Below are positions 29,326-36,931 of a stretch of 64,000 bases of DNA, one piece after another. The stretch comes from Acidimicrobiales bacterium (GTDB lineage Bacteria; Actinomycetota; Acidimicrobiia; Acidimicrobiales; Bog-793): positions 25,280 through 89,279 of the forward strand of contig JBEKMC010000001.1 of the NCBI GenBank assembly GCA_050008715.1. Reading direction: 5' to 3'. Position 1 is the stretch's first letter, and the number at the start of each line of letters is the position of its first letter. The notes under the pieces were generated by a model, which was given only the letters and a program-made list of their open reading frames with translations, searched no databases and was not told the DNA's origin. The translations under genes and the position numbers were made by a program.

Positions 29326-30593
29326 CCCTGCCAGCCTCCTCACCGGGCCCAGGCTCCTCGCCAGACCCGACCTTCTCGCCGAGCCCTACCTTCTCGCCGA
29401 GCCCAGCCGAGCTCGAGCTCGCCCGGCTGCCGCCCGTCGGACCGGGCCTGTACGTCCACATCCCGTTCTGCGCCAGCCGCTGCGACTACTGCGCCTTTGC
29501 CACCTGGACCGACCGCCACCATCTGGCCGAGGCGTACGTCGACTCATGCCTGCGCGACTACGAGGCTGCACAGCGGTCTGGTGTTGGGTCGGTGACCACG
29601 ATCTTCCTGGGCGGAGGCACGCCGAGCCAGCTGCCGAACGACGATCTCGTCCGGCTTCTCGCCGCCTTCGAGCACGACGACGGCGCCGAGGTGTCGGTCG
29701 AGGCGAACCCGGAGGACGTCACGGCGGAGTGGCTCAGCGCCTGCGTCGGTGCCGGCGTGAACCGCATCTCCCTCGGCGTGCAGTCCCTCGACCCTGTCGT
29801 GCTGAACGGCCTCGGCCGGCGCCACGACCCCGAAGCGGTGGCGCAGGCGGTCGCCAACATCGCGGCTGCCGGCATCGGGCGTTACAGCGTGGACCTCATC
29901 TACGGCGGCTTCGGCGAGACCGACGAGAGCTGGCTTCGGACCCTCGACGGCGTCCTCGGCCTCGAGCCGTCCCCCGGCCACGTCAGCGCGTACGCCCTCA
30001 CCGTGGAGGCCGGAACGCCGCTCGCGCTCGATCGCGCCCGCCATCCCGACGACGACGTCCAAGCGGTCCGCTACGAGCAGACCGACGCCGTGCTGAGCGC
30101 CGCCGGCATGTCCTGGTACGAGATCTCGAACTGGTCGCTGCCCGGCGAGGAGTCCCGGCACAACCTCAACTACTGGATGGAGGGCGACTACCTCGGGCTG
30201 GGGTGCGCCGCCCACAGCCACCGGGGAGGGCGGCGCTGGTGGAACGTGCGCACGCCAGACCGCTACATCGAGCTGGTCGACTCGGGCGCCTCGCCGGAGT
30301 CCGTCTCCGAAACCCTCCCCCTCCCACAACGCCACCTCGAAGCCCTCGAGCTCTTCGTGCGCACCAGGCTGGGCGTCCCGGTCGACACCCTGGCAGACGC
30401 CCTCGCCACCGAGCCGGCGCTGCAGGATCTCGTCGCCGTCGACGGGAGGAGCGGGCGGCTCGTCCTGACGCTCGCCGGCCGCTTGCTGGCGAACGAGGTC
30501 GCGTGCCGCTTACGCCCAAATGCTCCGAAAGTGGTCGAGATGGCTGCGACGCTCGGTAGTCTTTCGACATGGCCGAACCGATCGTCTGGATGA
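29322..30593 (+). CDS. hemW: radical SAM heme chaperone HemW (HemN-like); start codon unresolved (CTG 29322 proposed)
   Basis: The translation contains LYVHIPFCASRCDYCAF...FLGGGTPS...SVEANPEDV...RISLGVQS.... No ATG, GTG or TTG exists in any frame between the bldD stop and the CxxxCxxC motif. Confidence 0.75.
   Translation: MTLPASSPGPGSSPDPTFSPSPTFSPSPAELELARLPPVGPGLYVHIPFCASRCDYCAFATWTDRHHLAEAYVDSCLRDYEAAQRSGVGSVTTIFLGGGTPSQLPNDDLVRLLAAFEHDDGAEVSVEANPEDVTAEWLSACVGAGVNRISLGVQSLDPVVLNGLGRRHDPEAVAQAVANIAAAGIGRYSVDLIYGGFGETDESWLRTLDGVLGLEPSPGHVSAYALTVEAGTPLALDRARHPDDDVQAVRYEQTDAVLSAAGMSWYEISNWSLPGEESRHNLNYWMEGDYLGLGCAAHSHRGGRRWWNVRTPDRYIELVDSGASPESVSETLPLPQRHLEALELFVRTRLGVPVDTLADALATEPALQDLVAVDGRSGRLVLTLAGRLLANEVACRLRPNAPKVVEMAATLGSLSTWPNRSSG
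29366..29401. repeat. 2 x 18-nt tandem duplication
   Basis: The units are cccgaccttctcgccgag / ccctaccttctcgccgag. They encode (PTFSPS)x2 in the hemW N-terminal extension. Confidence 0.9.
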
Positions 30594-30796
30594 GCACGCC
30601 GGCAGTGGCCGAGTACCTCGGCGTCAACACTCGCACCGTCTATCGCCTCATCGACGAGGGCGAGCTCACGGCGTACAAGTTCGGCCGCGTCATCCGGTTG
30701 AAGGAGGCCGACGTGCTCGCTTTCATCGAACACAGCCGCATCACTCCTGGCAGCCTCGAGCACCTCTACCCCGAGCCCGTGCGATCCGAGAGCTGA
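30590..30796 (+). CDS. small MerR/excisionase-type (HTH_17) DNA-binding protein, BldC-like (68 aa)
   Basis: The product reads MSTPAVAEYLGVNTRTVYRLIDEGELTAYKFGRVIRLKEADVLAFIEH.... Its ATG overlaps the hemW stop (ATGA). An alternative ATG lies at 30569. Confidence 0.7.
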   Translation: MSTPAVAEYLGVNTRTVYRLIDEGELTAYKFGRVIRLKEADVLAFIEHSRITPGSLEHLYPEPVRSES

Positions 30797-30804
30797 GCCG
30801 ATCC

Positions 30805-31146
30805 GTGGCCTGCCTGTTCTGCTCCATCGTGGCCGGTGACGTGCCGTCGACAGAAGTGCTCTCGACCGATCTGGCCTACGCCTTTCGGGACATCAACCCC
30901 GGCGCCCCCACTCACGTGCTCGTCGTGCCGCGGGCACACATCACCGACGCCGCCGATCTCGATCCCTCCCACGCCGTCATCCTCGCCGGCGTGTTCGCCG
31001 CCGCCCAGCAGGTTGCCGCCCTCGAAGGGCTCACCGAACGCGGGTACCGCCTCGTGTTCAACGTCGGCGAGGACTCCGGCAACAGCGTGCCCCACCTCCA
31101 TCTCCACGTCCTCGGCGGCCGGCGCATGTCCTGGCCCCCTGGGTGA
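30805..31146 (+). CDS. HIT-family (Hint-like) nucleotide hydrolase
   Basis: The GTG start gives VACLFCSIVAGDVPS...THVLVVPRAH...VPHLHLHVLGG, with the histidine triad. Confidence 0.9.
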   Translation: MACLFCSIVAGDVPSTEVLSTDLAYAFRDINPGAPTHVLVVPRAHITDAADLDPSHAVILAGVFAAAQQVAALEGLTERGYRLVFNVGEDSGNSVPHLHLHVLGGRRMSWPPG

Positions 31147-31236
31147 GGCGTATTGATCCCGGGCGGTCGACCCACACCGGAGCGACCGTCGCCCGGTTCG
31201 GTGCGGGTCGGCTGGTAGCCTCGTCCTGATCACAGC

Positions 31237-32268
31237 GTGCCCTCGACCCAAGCCAAGATCCTCGTCCCCGGCAACCACCTCATGGTGGGACTGCTCGGCC
31301 AGAAGGACGAGCTGTTGCGGACCATCGAGCGGGCCTTCGAGGGCAACTCCATCCACGTCCGTGGCAACGAGATCACAGTCGATGGGCCCGATGCCGGTCG
31401 CGTCGCCCATCTGTTCGAGGAGCTCGTGGCCCTGCTCGAGCACGGGCACTTCGTCGACGAGGCGAACATCGGGCGCTCGATCGAGATGGTGAAAGAGGAT
31501 CTGCGGCCCTCGGAGGTCTTGACCACCGAGGTAGCCCGCTCACCCCGGGGCAAGCGCGTGCACCCGAAGACGGCCGGCCAGAAGCGCTACGCCGAGGCCA
31601 TCACGGAGAACGTCATCACGTTCGGGATCGGCCCCGCCGGCACCGGCAAGTCGTATCTCGCCGTCGCCCTCGCCGTGCAGGCGCTGCAGGCAAAGCAAGT
31701 CAACCGCATCATCCTCACGCGGCCGGCGGTGGAGGCGGGAGAGCGGCTCGGGTTTCTCCCCGGCGACCTCCTCGCCAAAGTCGACCCCTACCTGCGACCC
31801 CTCTACGACGCCCTCTACGACATGCTCGAGCCGGAAGGCACCCAACGGCTCATGGAGCGCGGCACGATCGAGGTGGCCCCGCTCGCCTACATGCGGGGCC
31901 GGACGCTCAACTCGAGCTTCGTGATCCTCGACGAGGCGCAGAACACGACGCCCGAGCAGATGAAGATGTTCCTCACGAGAGTGGGTTTCGGGACCCGGGT
32001 CGTCGTCAACGGCGACGCCACCCAGGTGGACATCCCCGGTGGCCGGTCCGGGCTCATCGGCCTCGAACCCGTGCTCGGCGGCATCGAGGGCGTGGCGTTC
32101 GTGCACCTCACCCAAGCCGACGTCGTGCGCCACCGCATCGTCCGGGAGATCGTGAACGCCTACGACCGGTACGCCGCCGCCCAGGCCGGGATCACGATCC
32201 CCGGCAACGTAGCGGCCGACTCCGGTCCTGCTGCTGCACAGGCGGGACCGATCGCCCACGTGAGCTGA
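31237..32268 (+). CDS. phoH: PhoH-like ATPase
   Basis: The product contains GIGPAGTGKSYLAVALAV...ILTRPAVEAGERLGFLPGDL...FVILDEAQNTT. Confidence 0.9.
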   Translation: MPSTQAKILVPGNHLMVGLLGQKDELLRTIERAFEGNSIHVRGNEITVDGPDAGRVAHLFEELVALLEHGHFVDEANIGRSIEMVKEDLRPSEVLTTEVARSPRGKRVHPKTAGQKRYAEAITENVITFGIGPAGTGKSYLAVALAVQALQAKQVNRIILTRPAVEAGERLGFLPGDLLAKVDPYLRPLYDALYDMLEPEGTQRLMERGTIEVAPLAYMRGRTLNSSFVILDEAQNTTPEQMKMFLTRVGFGTRVVVNGDATQVDIPGGRSGLIGLEPVLGGIEGVAFVHLTQADVVRHRIVREIVNAYDRYAAAQAGITIPGNVAADSGPAAAQAGPIAHVS

Positions 32269-32276
32269 GCGACGTC

Positions 32277-32816
32277 GTGCCCATCGAGGTGTTCGTCGCC
32301 GACGAGCAGTCCCAACAGCCCGTGGACATCAAGCGATGGGGTGCGCTGGCGGAGCGGCTGCTGGCCGAGCGCCGGCTCGGCTCAGACGTCGAGCTGAACG
32401 TGATGTTCGTGGACGAGTCGGCGATGGCGGCGCTGAACCAGCGTTTCTTGAGCCGTGACGGGCCGACCGACGTGCTCTCGTTCCCGCTCGAGGACGATCT
32501 CGTGCTCCCGATCGGGCCCCCGAAGTCGATGGCGCCGCGCGGCAGCGGCCCCGGGCGCCGGGGCGACGAGTTCGAGGACGACTCGCCAGGGCCGAGGATC
32601 CCGCTGCTGTTGGGCGATGTCGTGATCTGCCCGCAGGTGGCTGCTCGCAACGCTCCCGACCACGCCGGCTCCTACGACGACGAGCTAGCGCTGCTGCTCG
32701 TGCATGGCATCTTGCACCTGCTCGGCATGGACCACGAAGACGACGACGAGGCGGTCGCCATGGAGACGCTCGAGCAGGAACTGCTCGACCGTCACTACCG
32801 CCAGGCACCGGCATGA
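32277..32816 (+). CDS. ybeY: rRNA maturation endoribonuclease YbeY
   Basis: The metal-binding motif HGILHLLGMDHEDD is present. The start is GTG. Confidence 0.9.
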   Translation: MPIEVFVADEQSQQPVDIKRWGALAERLLAERRLGSDVELNVMFVDESAMAALNQRFLSRDGPTDVLSFPLEDDLVLPIGPPKSMAPRGSGPGRRGDEFEDDSPGPRIPLLLGDVVICPQVAARNAPDHAGSYDDELALLLVHGILHLLGMDHEDDDEAVAMETLEQELLDRHYRQAPA

Positions 32817-34159
32817 CCCCGCAGCTCGCCGTCATCACCTGGAGCTCCAGCGACAGCTGGATCCTCGTGGCCGTCGTCGTCCTCATCCTCTTCTCGGCCG
32901 TGCTCGCCCTCGCCGAGACCGGCCTCACGCGGACGTCGCGAGCACGCTCCAAGGCGCTCGAGGACTCCGGTATCAGGGGCTCGAAGTCGCTTCGGCGGCT
33001 CGTGGAGTCGCCCGAGAGCTTCCTTGCCCCGGTCCTGCTCCTCGTCCTGCTCTGCCAGCTCGTGGCTGCCACCCTCGTCGGCGTGGTGGCCGCCCACGTG
33101 TTCGGCCCCTTCGGCGTGGCGGCGGCGACGCTGTTCGAGGTCGTCGTGATCTTCTTGTTCGCCGAAGCCGTGCCGAAGCAATGGGCCGTGCGCAACGCGG
33201 ATCGCGCCGCCCTGTTCGCCGCCCCACTCGTGGCCGCCTTCGTACGCTTCCCACCGGTGCGCGTGCTGTCGTCCGGCCTCATCGGCGTCGCCCGCTTCCT
33301 CACGCCGGGAGGCCGGCGGCCTCATGGCGGCAGTGAGATAACAGAGTCCGAGCTGCTCGCCTTCACCGACGTCGCCGTGGAGGAGGCCGCCATCGAGAGC
33401 GACGAGCGCGAGCTCATCCACTCGATCCTCGAATTCGGTGACACGATCGTCCGCGAGGTCATGGTCCCGCGGCCCGACATCGTCGCCTTCGCCGCCTCCA
33501 CCCTCGTCGAGCGCGCCCTCGAGGACGCCATCACCGTGGGCTTCAGTCGCCTGCCCGTCTACGACGCCAGCATCGACCACGTCGTCGGCATCGCCTTCAC
33601 GAAGGACCTCGTGCTGGCGGTCCGGCGTGGGCAGGCCGCCCGGCCGGTCGCCGAGACCGCCCGCGTCGCCCACTTCGTCCCCGAGACGAAACGCGTCGCC
33701 CCCCTGCTGCGCGAGATGCAGCGAGACCGTTTCCATCTCGCCGTCGTCGTGGACGAGTACGGGGGCACGGCCGGCATCGTGTCGCTCGAGGACCTGATCG
33801 AGGAGCTTGTCGGGGAGATATCCGACGAGTACGACGTCGTCGAGCCAACGGTGGAGCCGCTCGAGGACGGCCGCTACCGGGTGCCGAGCATCATGGGTGT
33901 GGACGAGGTCAATGACTTCCTCGGGGCGGAGCTGCCGCTCGGCGACGACTGGGACACGATCGGCGGCCTCGTGATGGCAAAGGCCGGCCACATCCCGAGC
34001 GAGGGCGAGTCGATCGAGATCGACGGCTACCTCCTCGTCGCCGGCAACGTGACCGGCCAGCGCATCGGGTCGGTGACGGTCGAGGCACTCGACGGCCGCG
34101 CACCGCTCCAGCACGAGGATGCCCCGTCCGACTCCGTCGAGACGAGTGTCGATGAGTGA
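32813..34159 (+). CDS. DUF21-CBS-CorC_HlyC hemolysin-family membrane protein
   Basis: An N-terminal TM domain is followed by a CBS pair ([12 protein letters not shown]..., [27 protein letters not shown]) and a CorC C-terminal domain. Its ATGA overlaps ybeY. Confidence 0.85.
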   Translation: MTPQLAVITWSSSDSWILVAVVVLILFSAVLALAETGLTRTSRARSKALEDSGIRGSKSLRRLVESPESFLAPVLLLVLLCQLVAATLVGVVAAHVFGPFGVAAATLFEVVVIFLFAEAVPKQWAVRNADRAALFAAPLVAAFVRFPPVRVLSSGLIGVARFLTPGGRRPHGGSEITESELLAFTDVAVEEAAIESDERELIHSILEFGDTIVREVMVPRPDIVAFAASTLVERALEDAITVGFSRLPVYDASIDHVVGIAFTKDLVLAVRRGQAARPVAETARVAHFVPETKRVAPLLREMQRDRFHLAVVVDEYGGTAGIVSLEDLIEELVGEISDEYDVVEPTVEPLEDGRYRVPSIMGVDEVNDFLGAELPLGDDWDTIGGLVMAKAGHIPSEGESIEIDGYLLVAGNVTGQRIGSVTVEALDGRAPLQHEDAPSDSVETSVDE

Positions 34160-35132
34160 GGCCGGCGGGGGCGAGGCCGGCGGCCGGGGCGGCGAGGCCG
34201 GCGGGGGCGAAGCCGGCGGCCAGAACGATTGGCCGGGCGGCGGCCGAGGCGGCGACGGGGACTGGGGGCCGGAGGAGCCGGCGGGCTTCCGGTCGGGTTT
34301 CGTCGCCCTGCTCGGCCGGCCGAACGTCGGCAAATCCACCCTCCTCAACAGGATCATCGGCACGAAGGTGACGATCACGGCGTCGGTGCCGCACACGACA
34401 CGCACCCGAGTCCGCGGCGTCCTCGACCGCCCGGACGCCCAGGTCGTGTTCCTGGACACGCCCGGCATCCACAAGCCGAAGACGGCACTCGGCACCCGCC
34501 TCAACGCCACGGCGTCACACACGATCTCCGACGTCGACCTGTGCGTGTTCATGGTGGAGGCGAACGCAGCCATCGGCCCAGGTGATCGCTTCATCGCGGA
34601 GCGGCTCCCGACGGGCACGATCGTGGCGGTCAACAAGACCGACCGGGCGAACCGGGAGGGCATCCTGCAGCACCTCGCAACGGCCGCCGCCGACCTCGGC
34701 ATCGCCGACGCCGAGTACTTCCCCATCTCGGCTCGTACCGGAGACGGGGTCCCCGCTCTCGTCGAACATCTCGTCAGTCGTCTGCCAGAAGGTCCCCGAT
34801 ATTTCCCGCCGGATACCGTCACGGACGTGCCGGAGGCGTTCTGGGTGGCCGAGCTCGTGCGCGAGCAGCTCATCCGCCATGCCGAGGAGGAGCTCCCGCA
34901 CTCGATCGCATGCCGGGTGACGGAGTGGGAGTGGCCCCGCATCCGCTGCGAGATCATCGTCGAGCGCGACTCGCAGAAGGGCATCGTCATCGGCAAGGGC
35001 GGCTCGGTGCTCAAGGCCGCCGGCATTGCCGTGCGCCAGCAGCTGCCCCCGGGGGCGTACCTCGAGCTTTTCGTCAAGGTCGAGAAGTCCTGGCAGCGCC
35101 GCCCGGAGCTGATCGAGCGGCTGGGGTACTGA
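34152..35132 (+). CDS. era: GTPase Era with Gly-rich repeat N-terminal extension
   Basis: The product contains GFVALLGRPNVGKSTLLN...DTPG...NKTD and a C-terminal KH domain. The start is an ATG shortly upstream of the corC-like stop. An alternative ATG lies at 34119. Confidence 0.9.
   Translation: MSEAGGGEAGGRGGEAGGGEAGGQNDWPGGGRGGDGDWGPEEPAGFRSGFVALLGRPNVGKSTLLNRIIGTKVTITASVPHTTRTRVRGVLDRPDAQVVFLDTPGIHKPKTALGTRLNATASHTISDVDLCVFMVEANAAIGPGDRFIAERLPTGTIVAVNKTDRANREGILQHLATAAADLGIADAEYFPISARTGDGVPALVEHLVSRLPEGPRYFPPDTVTDVPEAFWVAELVREQLIRHAEEELPHSIACRVTEWEWPRIRCEIIVERDSQKGIVIGKGGSVLKAAGIAVRQQLPPGAYLELFVKVEKSWQRRPELIERLGY
34158..34223. repeat. about 4 copies of a 15-21-nt GC-rich tandem repeat (gaggccggcgggggc)
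   Basis: It encodes [21 protein letters not shown] at the Era N-terminus. Confidence 0.85.
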
Positions 35133-35135
35133 TAT

Positions 35136-35159
35136 TTTAGCAACATAACCATTGCTAAA
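35136..35159. promoter_or_regulatory. AT-rich inverted repeat TTTAGCAA-N8-TTGCTAAA (candidate operator)
   Basis: This is the only strongly AT-rich stretch in the region (gatattttagcaacataaccattgctaaatc). It lies 4 nt after the era stop and 30 nt before the Rieske-fusion ATG, and it overlaps -10-like hexamers (TATTTT). Confidence 0.6.
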
Positions 35160-35188
35160 TCACCGGGGCGCGGCGTACGGTTGCAGGC

Positions 35189-36931
35189 ATGACCGCTCCG
35201 GATGAGGTGAGAGTCGGGACGTTGGCCGAGCTCGCCGAGCGCGGCTGCTTGACGGCCAAGCTGGGCAACCGTCCCGTCTGCGTCTTCTACGACGAGGGCG
35301 AGGTGTTCGCCGTCGAGGATCGATGCCCGCACATGGGTTTCCCGTTGCGGCGGGGGACGGTGCAAGGTGGCTTGCTGACGTGCCATTGGCATCATGCACG
35401 CTTCGACCTTGCCTCGGGCGGGACGCTCGACCCCTTTGCCGACGACGTGCCGGCGTTTCCCGTCGAGATCCGCGACGGCGACGTCATCGTGCTGGCTGCG
35501 GCCGACTCCGACCGCGTGGGCCGCCTTCTCCGGCGGCTCGAAGAGGGACTCGAGCAGGGCATCACGCTCGTCATCGCCAAGGCGGTGCTCGGCCTCCTCG
35601 AGGTGGGTGCCGGCGCAGACGAGATCGTCGAGGCCGGCGTCAGCTTCGGCACGAAGTACCGGGTGCAAGGCTGGGGGCCCGGGCTCACCGTCCTCGTCGC
35701 CATGGCGAACGTGCTCCCGGCGCTCGACCCGGCCGACCGCCCTCTTGCCCTCGTGCACGGTCTGGCCTTCCTGTCGGGCGATACCGCCGGCCGCCCGCCG
35801 CGGTTCCCCCTGGCACCCCTCGAATCGGCCGTCGCCATCTCGAGACTGACCGACTGGTACCGGCGCTTCATCGACACGCGTTCGGCCGACGCCGCAGAGC
35901 GAACCTTGGCGACGGCCATCGCCGCCGGCAACGATCCCTCCGACATCGCCTCGCTGCTCGGTGCGGCCGTCACCGATCACGTCTTCATCGACGAGGGCCA
36001 CACGATCGACTTCACGAACAAGGCCTTCGAGTGCCTCGAGCACATCGGCTGGGACCGTGCCGGCGAGGTGCTGACGACGCTCGTCGCCCAAACGGCGTCA
36101 GCTCAGCGCCACGAAGAAGAGTCAGCATGGCGACATCCCGTTGACCTGGCAGCGCTGCTGTCGGCATCGGCGAGCGAGGACGTGCTCAGCGCCAGGCTCG
36201 GTGCCGCCTCGGGACGCGAGGCGACCCCTGTGTTCGGGGACGAGGAGATCGACTCCCTCGCCTGGGTGCTGTTGTCCGACGACCCGGCCGGCATCATCGG
36301 GTGCCTCGATCGCGCCCTCGACGCCGGCGCCAGTCCAGAGCAGCTCGCCCGTGCGGTCGCCTACGCGGCTGCGCTGCGGATCGTGAGATTCCACACACAG
36401 AACGACCACGGCGACTGGAACGAGGTCCACCATGCCTTCACCGCCGCCAACGCCGTACATCAATCCATGCTCAGGGCACCTTCGGTCGAGCTCGTCCGGG
36501 GTGTGTACCAGGGGGCCATGCGGGTGTACCTCGATCGTTTCTTGAACGTGCCGGCAGCTCGCCAGCCGTCGGGCGACGAGCCCGCCGACCTGGCCCTGCT
36601 GCAGGCGTGCTGGGACTCCGAGGGTGGTGTCGACGAGGCCGGGCAGATCGCGTACCGGTTCCTCGCCGGCGGCGGCGAGCCGGCCGAGCTGATCGCCGTG
36701 CTCGGAAAGGCGCTCCTCACTGAGGATGCCCAATTCCACTGGTTCCAGATCTACGAGGCGGCAGTGCGCCAATGCGGTGCCTGGCCGCCGGGGAGCGAGC
36801 AGGGCCGGCTCATACTCGCCGGCTGCTCCCGCTTCCTCGCCGCCCACACGCCGACGCGGCGAGAGCGCTCCCAGGTCGTGCGTATCGCCACCCGCCTGCG
36901 CCGCGGCGACCCGCTCTACGAAGAGTCCTGA
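35189..36931 (+). CDS. Rieske [2Fe-2S] domain fused to about 470-aa uncharacterised helical domain
   Basis: The Rieske ligands are C46-P-H48 ...16 aa... C65-H-W-H68 (CPHMGFPL...CHWHHARF). I do not recognise the remainder. Confidence 0.7.
   Translation: MTAPDEVRVGTLAELAERGCLTAKLGNRPVCVFYDEGEVFAVEDRCPHMGFPLRRGTVQGGLLTCHWHHARFDLASGGTLDPFADDVPAFPVEIRDGDVIVLAAADSDRVGRLLRRLEEGLEQGITLVIAKAVLGLLEVGAGADEIVEAGVSFGTKYRVQGWGPGLTVLVAMANVLPALDPADRPLALVHGLAFLSGDTAGRPPRFPLAPLESAVAISRLTDWYRRFIDTRSADAAERTLATAIAAGNDPSDIASLLGAAVTDHVFIDEGHTIDFTNKAFECLEHIGWDRAGEVLTTLVAQTASAQRHEEESAWRHPVDLAALLSASASEDVLSARLGAASGREATPVFGDEEIDSLAWVLLSDDPAGIIGCLDRALDAGASPEQLARAVAYAAALRIVRFHTQNDHGDWNEVHHAFTAANAVHQSMLRAPSVELVRGVYQGAMRVYLDRFLNVPAARQPSGDEPADLALLQACWDSEGGVDEAGQIAYRFLAGGGEPAELIAVLGKALLTEDAQFHWFQIYEAAVRQCGAWPPGSEQGRLILAGCSRFLAAHTPTRRERSQVVRIATRLRRGDPLYEES

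Noticed and set aside
30569-30796. Excisionase-family HTH gene as a marker of a prophage or integrative element.
   Set aside because: The window contains no integrase, no flanking direct repeats, no tRNA target and no compositional shift. The gene is translationally coupled to hemW inside a conserved housekeeping block.
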